Shown here: positions 39,995 through 48,634 of the stretch, piece by piece
Numbering within the stretch: position 1 is the stretch's first letter
Layout: the number at the start of each line of letters is the position of its first letter
Source of the DNA: Pustulibacterium marinum
GTDB lineage: Bacteria > Bacteroidota > Bacteroidia > Flavobacteriales > Flavobacteriaceae
Assembly: GCF_900116665.1 (NCBI RefSeq)
Contig: NZ_FPBK01000015.1
Coordinates: 1 to 64,000 of the forward strand
Reading direction: 5' to 3'
DNA length: 64,000 nt
Program-made: the position numbers and the translations under genes
Notes under the pieces: model-generated
What the model saw: the letters and a program-made list of their open reading frames with translations, nothing else
Told to the model about the DNA's origin: nothing
Databases searched by the model: none

Positions 39995-40624
39995 TTAAGG
40001 CGCTACTATGCTGGTAATGGGTGCATAGTATACTTTATCACTCGCGTTGCGGTAGGCTGCCGAAACATAATAGGTAACCCCACTGGTGAGTCCGGTGATT
40101 TCTACACTGGTTTGCTTGCTAGAGACTTGTTGCATCTTAGCCGGATCGGTAATCGTAGAATCATCGGTATAGGCAAACACATAAAAGTCGGCTTGTTTTA
40201 AATTAGTTACCTGCACTAAAATGCTGCCTTTGGCTTTGCCCACTTGCACCGATACAAATTCCGGGGCGTTTAATGGCTTGCTAGGTTCGGGAGTCTTGGC
40301 TAACGGAAACCCGCTGCTTTGTAGTTTGTCTTTATCGCCATAAGCTTGCAGATTTACCATACTGGCTAGTTGGCGCAAAAGGTCTAAAACTTCAGCACGG
40401 GCATTGTTTTTAGCAGTAGTATTGGTGCGCGTACCATTAGGACTTAGTGTATTGTACAAATCTAAATAGGTGGCATCGGCCGTAGCTAAATTTGTAAGCA
40501 TACCTTCCGCCAAAGTAAAATTGGTATTACCGGTAAGGTTGCTAAGAATATGATTCGCAAACGGACTTACTTCGGCATCTTTTAAATAAAAATAACTTAT
40601 TAATACTTTATAGTTTTTCATCAT
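39995..40624 (-). CDS. hypothetical protein (possible C-terminal Ig/Fn3-like domain) in a GC-richer island
   Basis: 209 aa. The C-terminal TSVEITGLTSGVTYYVSAAYRN... is Fn3-like. Local GC is visibly higher than the flanks. Confidence 0.4.
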   Translation of the reverse strand: MMKNYKVLISYFYLKDAEVSPFANHILSNLTGNTNFTLAEGMLTNLATADATYLDLYNTLSPNGTRTNTTAKNNARAEVLDLLRQLASMVNLQAYGDKDKLQSSGFPLAKTPEPSKPLNAPEFVSVQVGKAKGSILVQVTNLKQADFYVFAYTDDSTITDPAKMQQVSSKQTSVEITGLTSGVTYYVSAAYRNASDKVYYAPITSIVAP

Positions 40625-40804
40625 TTTTAAGTTGTAAAATTGATATTATATGTTGTTTTGATAAAGAGTATAGTGTAGTTGCCAACAGGCAAATACAGCT
40701 TAGCCCAAGCCAAATGGTTTTGGTTGAGAGGTCCATGCGTTTGCTACACATAGGCTAGTACATATAGAATCAGCAGTAGTGCTTTTAGCTTATAATTGTC
40801 TGTT

Positions 40805-41025
40805 ATAAGCGATCACTTTTTTGGCTAAAGCGATCACTTTTTTGGCTAAAGCGATCACTTTTTTGGCTAAAGCGATCACTTTTTCGGCTAAAGCGATCAC
40901 TTTTTTGACTAAAGCGATCACTTTTTTGGCTACAGCAATCACTTTTTTGACTAAAGCGATCACTTTTTCGGCTACAGCAATCACTTTTTTGGCTACAGCA
41001 ATCACTTTTAAGCCTAAAGCACTTC
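40805..41025. repeat. 21-bp tandem minisatellite (agcgatcacttttttggctaa)n, ~10 copies with point variants
   Basis: Read directly. The units vary at three or four positions (g/a, t/c, g/a, a/c). Both strands yield artefactual heptad-repeat ORFs (KKVIALA / AITFLAK). Confidence 0.85.
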
Positions 41026-41438
41026 TTTTTTACTGTACTACTACCTATGCTAGCAGTGTGTTGTTACTACGTAGTATTCTTATATATATAGACCAATTTC
41101 CCCGTGAAGAAATTGTGATGAAAATACAAAGTGGATGCTGCTATACAATCGTTTTTGCATCCATCTGCATAGCGTTGGGGAGTGGGCTATGTAAGGTTCG
41201 TAATGTTAACCTGTCAGTAAGTGTTTGACAGTTAATGTATTATTTTCTCAATATATAACTTTTTTTTATACGATTTACATGGCATTTAAAAAAAAGTAAA
41301 AAAATACGTAGGGTGCTAAGGGTAGGGCTAGGGTAGCTCGTGTGGCTTTTAGTGGAACCATCTGTAGACATAGCTACTAACAAAAACCCCTCATATATTA
41401 CTTACATGAGGGGTTGGTATAGGGTATCCTTGTTAGGA

Positions 41439-42056
41439 TTACGATATTCTTTTAGACATGATCATAACGCTAGGTCCTTGATGAGCAGCCGCTTTTTTGG
41501 CTGGTTTGCGTAGTTCTATCAATACGCTATGTTCGTGTACTTCGTTAGGGGTTATTACACACAATTTTTCAATGTTGATAGTGTCATACAACGAACTTTC
41601 TGCAATGGCAATGGCTTGCGTAACGTCGGTATCAGACGGTAATGGTAACCAAAGCGATACCTGGCCTAATGGTCTTAGTACGCGGTGTAGCTCGTTTAAA
41701 TAAACCGATAATGAATTAGGATATGATAAATCCGGATCAAAACTGATTACACGGTGAAAAAAATTGTTGACGTACGGAATTTCTATTCCATCAAAATGAT
41801 CAAAACAAATTCTTTTCTTTTGTGAAGGTTGTGTATAAGTAGCTTCTATGTCGGTAAGGTCAATAGCATCATTTTCCAATCCAAAATATCCTGATGAAGG
41901 ATGTTCCAAAACCATGTTTACGGCAGGGTATTTGGCAAAATAAGGTTGTAGCACGCGTTCTTTAGGTGCTAAGGCAATCGCCGTTTCTAATTGTTCCTGC
42001 AAGGCTGCCCAGGTAATTTGTTGATAAGCGGTAGCAGGGGGAATTACTGTTGTCAT
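41439..42056 (-). CDS. hypothetical protein (GC-rich codon usage)
   Basis: 205 aa with no recognised motif. Composition differs from the bulk of the window. Confidence 0.4.
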   Translation of the reverse strand: MTTVIPPATAYQQITWAALQEQLETAIALAPKERVLQPYFAKYPAVNMVLEHPSSGYFGLENDAIDLTDIEATYTQPSQKKRICFDHFDGIEIPYVNNFFHRVISFDPDLSYPNSLSVYLNELHRVLRPLGQVSLWLPLPSDTDVTQAIAIAESSLYDTINIEKLCVITPNEVHEHSVLIELRKPAKKAAAHQGPSVMIMSKRIS

Positions 42057-42593
42057 TAAAATAATTTAAACTTTTTAAATGGTTATATGAGTTGTTGGAT
42101 TGGTTTTGTGAATAGTGAACGTTTTAGAAAACGTTATATTGTTTAAAGTTTTGCGGGCGCAAAAATATAAAAAGATCCCTTTAGTTTGAAGTTAACTATT
42201 TGTTATAGCCAAAAATTTGCTGTATAAAGTGGTAGTGTTATGTGAATCAAATTGTTAAAAAGGTATTTTATTGCTAAAGGAATGCCCGAAAGCCTGTAAA
42301 AAACCTAGTGTAAATAAAACGTTACATAACAAAAAACGCTAGCCAAGCATTTTTGATGCGTATTTTTTGCAAGCACATAACAGCTATTGGATGGCTGCTG
42401 TTTTTTGAAGTTCTTGTTGTTTCTTATGAATGGCTGCTACCTATGCTGGGGACTATTGTTAGATGTTGTAGGGTTGGTTTCCTATAAGCGTGGTACTAGT
42501 TGGTGGATGTTCTTGAAAAGAAAAGCTTTATTTTTATAAAAAGAGAAAGCAGCGCTACAAAGTAGGTATAGCGCCGCTTTAAAAACAAATTAC

Positions 42594-44375
42594 TCACTCC
42601 ACGTGGTAATGTCTTAGGGCATGTTCTTGTTGCCTGTGACTGCTAAAGCTAGAGACTCTTTTTAGGTAGCCAATAATGCGAGTAGCATGGTCTATGTCTT
42701 TAGATTCGCAACTAGGGCAGCGGTGCAAGGTACGTTTGTCTATGGTGCCACAGGTGTTGCAAATGGTGATTTTTACGTTGAAACAAAAATAGTTGCATCC
42801 GGCTTTGGCAGCAGCGGTGATGAGTTTTAAAAATCCGTGGGCATTGGGGTAGGCTTCGAGGTTTAAATGCAAGGCCGATCCGCCATCTAAATAGGCAATC
42901 ATGTCTTTGCCGTGCAAAAACATTTTGTCGAGGATGTTTAGTTCTTCATTTTCTACTGGATAGAAGTACGAATTGTAACAGTCTCGTTGCACTTGGTAAC
43001 CGTCTTCTTTATCCCAACGGGCATTTTTAACGCCTAGGTTTTCCGCCGGAACAAATTCAGTATTGAATAAATATCCATAAGTAGCTTTGGCTTCTTTATT
43101 GGCGTTGTAGATTTTCTGTAACTGATGGCGCACAAAATCTTTATAATCCGGATTATTAGTAGCGGCAATGCCTAGGCTTTCGGCAGCTTCTACCATTCCG
43201 TTAACACCAATGGTTAGAAACTGTTTGTCTAAATGAATAAATCCGGCATCGTAGACAGGGAGCATTCCAGCATTTTTGTAAGATTCTATTAGTTTTCTAT
43301 ACGCTACTTGGTATTTATGAATCTTTTTAACCTCTACGCCCAAGTCTTTTCCTTGTTGTAGCATTCGGTTTACATTCATGGTAATCACGTTGATAGAACC
43401 TGTAGCCACGCCACCAGCTCCTAAGGAATAACTAAAGGTGTTGTCGGCAATTTCATTACGCAATCTACAGCAAGACGCCAAACTATCGGCACTTTCTGAT
43501 TGATAAATGAAGAACGAATTACCTTCGCTAAGTTCTTTGGCACAAAACTGCGCAAAATGGGTGTCGGCAGGTTGTCCCTCTTTAATCAGCATGGCCGCTG
43601 TGACTACCGGAAAGGTGAGGAGTGCTTTGTTTCGTTCGGCATTGAACCACTCCATAAAGAAGCGTTGCAAAGCAGCCAGACTTTCCCAGTTAGGTCGGGT
43701 TCCGTTCGGGAACACAAAATCTTGAAACATGCTTTCAAAATAGAAACTATCATAAATAGAGATGTTCCAAAAAACCGATTGGTAGCCACGGGCCGCTGCT
43801 GGTTGGTTAATGGCATACACTACGTGTTGCAAATGGTTTGCTATGGTGGTAGTATTGGTGGTTAAGTAGGCATCACCATAGTCTTTTCGGGCAAAAAAGT
43901 CAAAATATAATAAAAACTCAACCGTTGCTAAGGCTCCGGCAAATTGTGAGCTTACAGCAAACACCAAATTGACAAACTCTCCGCAAAAGCTTTCCAAATG
44001 TTGCGGTGCTTTGCTTTCGCCTCCAATTTTGGTGAGTCCGTCTAACAAAAACGGATACATGCTAATAGAAACGCAGTAGGGTTTTAAAGAGGTTTCGTCA
44101 TGTATGTAGATTTCGTGGTTTTCTATTTGTCGCAAGTATTCCTGAGCCAGTTCACTGCCAAACAATTCGGCAATTTTGTTGTGTACCAATTGTCGGTTTA
44201 CTTGTATGTTAATGTCTTTGTTCAACTCGGCCTCCATCGTGGCAATGTTCTTCGAGGTAACATTGGCGTTGGCGTCTACGCTAGAGCCATCGGCAGCGTT
44301 GTTGGCTTGTAAATACTGTTCAATAAACGCAATCTTTTTATTGACTTGTTCGGTGCTTAATCTTATCATGAGCAA
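42594..44375 (-). CDS. nrdD: anaerobic ribonucleoside-triphosphate reductase (class III RNR)
   Basis: The C-terminal zinc ribbon is CNTCGT...CPSCES. The glycyl-radical motif is ATRIIGYLKRV (RxxGY). 593 aa. Confidence 0.8.
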   Translation of the reverse strand: MLMIRLSTEQVNKKIAFIEQYLQANNAADGSSVDANANVTSKNIATMEAELNKDINIQVNRQLVHNKIAELFGSELAQEYLRQIENHEIYIHDETSLKPYCVSISMYPFLLDGLTKIGGESKAPQHLESFCGEFVNLVFAVSSQFAGALATVEFLLYFDFFARKDYGDAYLTTNTTTIANHLQHVVYAINQPAAARGYQSVFWNISIYDSFYFESMFQDFVFPNGTRPNWESLAALQRFFMEWFNAERNKALLTFPVVTAAMLIKEGQPADTHFAQFCAKELSEGNSFFIYQSESADSLASCCRLRNEIADNTFSYSLGAGGVATGSINVITMNVNRMLQQGKDLGVEVKKIHKYQVAYRKLIESYKNAGMLPVYDAGFIHLDKQFLTIGVNGMVEAAESLGIAATNNPDYKDFVRHQLQKIYNANKEAKATYGYLFNTEFVPAENLGVKNARWDKEDGYQVQRDCYNSYFYPVENEELNILDKMFLHGKDMIAYLDGGSALHLNLEAYPNAHGFLKLITAAAKAGCNYFCFNVKITICNTCGTIDKRTLHRCPSCESKDIDHATRIIGYLKRVSSFSSHRQQEHALRHYHVE

Positions 44376-44820
44376 TGAATAAATGATTTAACTTTTTTCC
44401 TGTGGAAACTTCAATAAATTGTTGATTGGTTTTGGTATTGTTAAGTCCGCCCAGGTTTGGTATCCATGGACCAAGCTTTACGTAGGTAAGTTGTTGTAAT
44501 ATCATTGGGGCTACGGAGTTTTCTCCGGTATATAAACAGGTAGCATAGCCTAGTTGGCGTGCTTCTTTTAAATAATTGATAAGCGTTTCGGGGTGCCATT
44601 CGCCTCCCATAAAGAGTATACAACTGGCAAAACCCTGGTATTGTTGTAAAAGTTTTTGATAGTGGGGCGCAGTTAATAGTTTTCCGGATCCTGCTTTCCA
44701 GGTATGTGGCGAATGGCAGCCCATACAGCGTAACGGACAGCCCGTAATACTGAAACACAGACTGATTTCGCCCGGAACTTCTTGATGAACAACATCTATA
44801 TGTGCATACCGCATTGGCAT
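44338..44820 (-). CDS. nrdG: anaerobic RNR activating protein (radical SAM)
   Basis: CPLRCMGCHSPHTW (CxxxCxxC) close to the N-terminus. Overlaps the nrdD start. The likely start is MPMRY (the ORF track extends to 44880). Confidence 0.75.
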   Translation of the reverse strand: MPMRYAHIDVVHQEVPGEISLCFSITGCPLRCMGCHSPHTWKAGSGKLLTAPHYQKLLQQYQGFASCILFMGGEWHPETLINYLKEARQLGYATCLYTGENSVAPMILQQLTYVKLGPWIPNLGGLNNTKTNQQFIEVSTGKKLNHLFIAHDKIKHRTSQ

Positions 44821-44896
44821 AACGCTACTTTTGCTTTTTGAAACCTTATTGACCGCAAGCCATGCATTATCCCGAAACATGAATTGCTACTGTAAT

Positions 44897-45055
44897 AAGG
44901 CAGGTCTTCTGACTTGCATAAGCTTTGGCGTCTTCCCACCCTTATTAAAAGGATAGTGACAACAGTAGAGGCCAAGCTTTGTGATAGCTTACAGCTGCGG
45001 GAACAGTTTGGGAGTTACACCCAATTCCCTTTTCATTTAACACCCCCGAAAAGAG
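44897..45055 (-). ncRNA. cobalamin (AdoCbl) riboswitch upstream of nrdG-nrdD
   Basis: The minus-strand sequence reads aaaagggaattgggtgtaactcccaaactgttcccgcagctgtaagc...gtcactatcc...gggtgggaagacgccaaag...agtcagaagacctgcc. It shares the conserved GGGAA, GGTG, CCCGCAnCTGTAAG, B12-box-like and AGNCAGGAGACCTGCC elements with the second riboswitch at 55.7 kb. Confidence 0.75.
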
Positions 45056-45262
45056 CTGTTAAAACCTTACTACAGCTTAAAGATACAAACTAAAAAAGCC
45101 GGGGCGTTTCTAATAGGGATGGAGTTATAAACCGAGTTGTAAACAGTAGCGTCAATTTCTTTGGCCACAAAGAGTTATCCCTTTTCCAGAAAACGAGTCA
45201 ATGATTTTTGTTAGATTTCAGGAGTAGTGAGGTGTTTTTTATAAAAGTATGGGTTAAGCTTG

Positions 45263-46582
45263 CTATTCAATCAGCACTTTAAAAGTCTTAGTGGTGGTAG
45301 CAGTAGTGATCTGCACTATATAAGTTTGTGGTGCCAATGGTAGATCAAAAGGTTGAATGCCTTCTGGAATCCTGATATCCTTATAAACAAATTGTCCTTG
45401 CAGGTTGTACACCTGTATCGTTGCCGGAGTGGGAGATTTGACAAAAAAATGCCCGTTAGAAGGGTTTGGATATAGTTGAATGGAAGTGCTTTCTGCAAAA
45501 GAATCCAAGGCCAACACAGTATTGTTCAGTTGATACGAGAGATCGTAAGACCAAATAATATCTGGTAACGTGTCATTATTAAGATCTGCTGTAGTTACTT
45601 CCGAAATAAGATCTTCGGTATCTTGTACAGTGGTGGTTGTAAAATTACCATCGCCGTCGTTTGTAAACAAAACCACATCAAATTCTTCAGAAATGATGAT
45701 GTCTATAGCGCCATCATTGTTAAAATCTGCAATTTCTCCATTGTAGATTTGAACACCACTATCACTAACAATTTGAGAAGTAGTAAAGTTATTGTTGCCA
45801 TCATTGGCATACCATTTTACACCATCGTTGATATGATCTGCAATAATAAGATCGGTATCACCATCGCCATCAACATCGGCGCCACGAATCAAAAAAGAAT
45901 CGGACTGGTTGATACTGCTGTTAGAAAGGGTAGGGTTGTAAGTAATGGTGCCTTCATTATTTTTGTAGACAGAAGTGTTGCTTCCGCCGGTTATAATATC
46001 CAGGTAACCATCAGCATCAATATCGGTAGTGGTTACTTCTATAAAATCTTCTATCATTGGATGTGAAATTGCTTCCATAGTAAAATTAGCATTGCCATCA
46101 TTGTAAAGTACTTTGATAGTATCTCCTGCCACAGCAATAATATCTAGGTCATTATCATTATCTATATCTGCCGTAGTAATATCACTATCAAAAAAGAACC
46201 AGGTATCCAAGACGGTTTCGGTAAAACTAAGATTGTTATTGATGAATATTTTTAGTTCGTTATTAGCATCGCCTATAGACACTACATCTTCCCAGCCATC
46301 GTTGTTAAAATCTCCTACGGCTATTTGTGTATAAATGGTAAAACCTGCATCTAAAGAGGTTTCAGGGCCAAAATTCCCTTCGCCATCATTAAGGTAATAG
46401 GTGATAACATCACTACTTATTTTCTTTACTACCAAAAGATCCATAAAGGAATCATTGTTGAGATCTGCTGGTTTAATGTGGGTAACTAAGTGACTATCTT
46501 CTTCAACAGTTACAGGTGCGCTGAATTGTGCGTAGCCTTGGCAAAGAAAGCCAAAAAGGAATAGGGGTAGAATTTTTTTCAT
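45263..46582 (-). CDS. T9SS C-terminal-sorting-domain protein with FG-GAP/VCBS-like repeats
   Basis: Signal peptide. Repeated DxDGDGxxD/NNDG calcium-binding-like beta-propeller blades. C-terminal LYPNPSNGHFFV...ATIQVYNLQGQFV...VQITTATTTKTFKVLIE matches the T9SS type-A sorting domain. Confidence 0.75.
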   Translation of the reverse strand: MKKILPLFLFGFLCQGYAQFSAPVTVEEDSHLVTHIKPADLNNDSFMDLLVVKKISSDVITYYLNDGEGNFGPETSLDAGFTIYTQIAVGDFNNDGWEDVVSIGDANNELKIFINNNLSFTETVLDTWFFFDSDITTADIDNDNDLDIIAVAGDTIKVLYNDGNANFTMEAISHPMIEDFIEVTTTDIDADGYLDIITGGSNTSVYKNNEGTITYNPTLSNSSINQSDSFLIRGADVDGDGDTDLIIADHINDGVKWYANDGNNNFTTSQIVSDSGVQIYNGEIADFNNDGAIDIIISEEFDVVLFTNDGDGNFTTTTVQDTEDLISEVTTADLNNDTLPDIIWSYDLSYQLNNTVLALDSFAESTSIQLYPNPSNGHFFVKSPTPATIQVYNLQGQFVYKDIRIPEGIQPFDLPLAPQTYIVQITTATTTKTFKVLIE

Positions 46583-46846
46583 GATGATATATAACGTTTG
46601 GATGATTGATTTATAGGATAAAAATAATAGATTTCTTACGAATTTAATAGTGGTAAACGTTAGAAAAATTTTATACGAGTTAATTTTGACACAAATGGTA
46701 GATGGTTTGACCTAAATTGAAAAGTTGTTTTGTATTGAAGCATAAATAGGAAAATAAGGATTCGGCAAATTTTATAAGGTTATTTTTTTTCAATTGAGTA
46801 TAAAAAACAGTACTTTCAGTTTTTTAAACTAACCTACAAAACAGCC

Positions 46847-47440
46847 ATGAACCGAACGAAATTCTGTGAACTTTGCGAACTTCAAAAAATGGATTTCCAC
46901 AAAGGCTCACGATGCGGAGTCACCGATGCATTACCTACTTTTACAGGCAACTGTCCTAAAATTGTTTTGCAAGATAAATTTCAGAATAAATTAAAGGAAG
47001 TAAATGTTCAGTATACCAAAGAATCAAACTTTGCGCCCTATGCGTATACCTATTTTTTCATCTTTGTAGCCGTAGGTTTAGCGATAATTCTTGGTGGAGT
47101 ATATATGATGGTCTATTTATGGGATCATGCCATTATCTCAACAGGACCTATTTCTGTGATGGTAATTGGCGCCATTCCTTTAGGTATGGCATTTGCGGTG
47201 TACAATGGCCACAGAACCCGTATGAAGATTAACAAAAGAAAGAAACAGTTGGTAGACGAGGTTTTAAAAGAATATCGGATTACCTATGATTACACCGTTA
47301 AATTTGGGAAGAAGATTCATGGCGATGAAGAGGTTTTTGTGGACTTTCAATTACAAGGCGGTAACGGCATTACATTTCCCAAGAAGATCAAAGAATCCTA
47401 TTTTTTAAAGAAAGAAGCGCACGTTCCATTATACAATTAG
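46847..47440 (+). CDS. hypothetical membrane protein
   Basis: 197 aa with two central TM helices. Confidence 0.4.
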   Translation: MNRTKFCELCELQKMDFHKGSRCGVTDALPTFTGNCPKIVLQDKFQNKLKEVNVQYTKESNFAPYAYTYFFIFVAVGLAIILGGVYMMVYLWDHAIISTGPISVMVIGAIPLGMAFAVYNGHRTRMKINKRKKQLVDEVLKEYRITYDYTVKFGKKIHGDEEVFVDFQLQGGNGITFPKKIKESYFLKKEAHVPLYN

Positions 47441-47470
47441 AAATTGATATGAAATTCACCGCAGCCATTT

Positions 47471-48001
47471 TTATTTTGAAGGATGCTTTAGAAATAGAGT
47501 TCTTACTTTTTGAACAGTATGGTCTTCAATAAAACGAATGGTATCTAAATCTTTGTTTCTAAAATGAAGCTCCCACGGATAAAATTCTCCATAAGGAAGG
47601 ATACTGTCTCTATGTTTTTGATAGCAGATTGTTACGCTGTCTTTTTGTGCAGTGCTTATGGTTTGTAAAGAATCATTTATATAGACCTTGAAACTATGGA
47701 AATATGTTACTTTCCAATGTTTGTTGGCATTTGGATGGTAGCCTATTTGTTCAAGTGGAGAATGGTCAAGAAGAAGCACGTAATGATCCATATTGTAATG
47801 ATGAACCGCAATTTCTATAGCTTCTTTTTGCTGTAGAAGTTCGTTATGCTCATTAAGATATATATCCAGAAGTGTTTTGGTTTTGAGATTTAGTGTTGTA
47901 GTAGCATAAGTAGTATTGTAATGATTACAAGAAGAATTTGTAGAACAGCTGATTAATACCAAACAAATAATTAGATAATTTAATATGGAGAAGCGATACA
48001 T
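47471..48001 (-). CDS. hypothetical lipoprotein
   Basis: MYRFSILNYLIICLVLISCS lipobox. 176 aa. Confidence 0.4.
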   Translation of the reverse strand: MYRFSILNYLIICLVLISCSTNSSCNHYNTTYATTTLNLKTKTLLDIYLNEHNELLQQKEAIEIAVHHYNMDHYVLLLDHSPLEQIGYHPNANKHWKVTYFHSFKVYINDSLQTISTAQKDSVTICYQKHRDSILPYGEFYPWELHFRNKDLDTIRFIEDHTVQKVRTLFLKHPSK

Positions 48002-48318
48002 ACCTATATTATCGAGTAAAATAGTCAGTCAAACGGTTCACAACCTTATCTACACTATTTGTTAGGTGATTGAAGTATTTGTCAATAGCTATGTATTGAA
48101 TTACTGAGATTGATTGTTTGATCACGTTCATGCATTAAAAGTAATGAAAATATGTATATTTCTTTATACAGTTAAGGTTGTCCACACTCATTTTTTTCTT
48201 ACCTTGAATTCAAACTTTCCAGGTGTGGTTTTAGGTCACGCATAGTCTTTAATTTTTAACTTTTCTACTTGAGATGTCCCGTAGATACCCCGTGTATCTC
48301 CCGTATATGTCCCGTGTT

Positions 48319-48594
48319 TTAAATAATGGGCAACCCATCCGCTACCGAACCGCAATACATGGGACGCCATGGCCAAAAGTAGCTAAGCCCAATGATAGCA
48401 AGTGGTGGGAGCATTACAAATTGTTTTGGTAGCCAAATAAAGCTAAAGAGAGTATCAAGAAGTGAAAGAACAAACCTTCGGAAAGAATCCCAATCAGCAT
48501 GAAGACGAAGCAGAGAATTAATAACTGTTGGGAATGTAAAAATCACAGTGCATAATAGGAATGGTGTTATGTAAATAAATTCGCCAATGTTCAT
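48319..48594 (-). CDS. small membrane protein, hypothetical
   Basis: 91 aa with two or three TM helices. Confidence 0.3.
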   Translation of the reverse strand: MNIGEFIYITPFLLCTVIFTFPTVINSLLRLHADWDSFRRFVLSLLDTLFSFIWLPKQFVMLPPLAIIGLSYFWPWRPMYCGSVADGLPII

Positions 48595-48634
48595 ATGTTT
48601 TTTTGTATTTTAGAAGACTACTAAACCTAATTCT

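Noticed and set aside
40790-41228. ORFs 40790..41005(-) and 40821..41228(+) encoding heptad-repeat peptides (KKVIALA / AITFLAK)
   Set aside because: Both strands are open only because the 21-bp unit is a multiple of three. There is no plausible start context or RBS-less Bacteroidetes promoter. Treated as a non-coding minisatellite.
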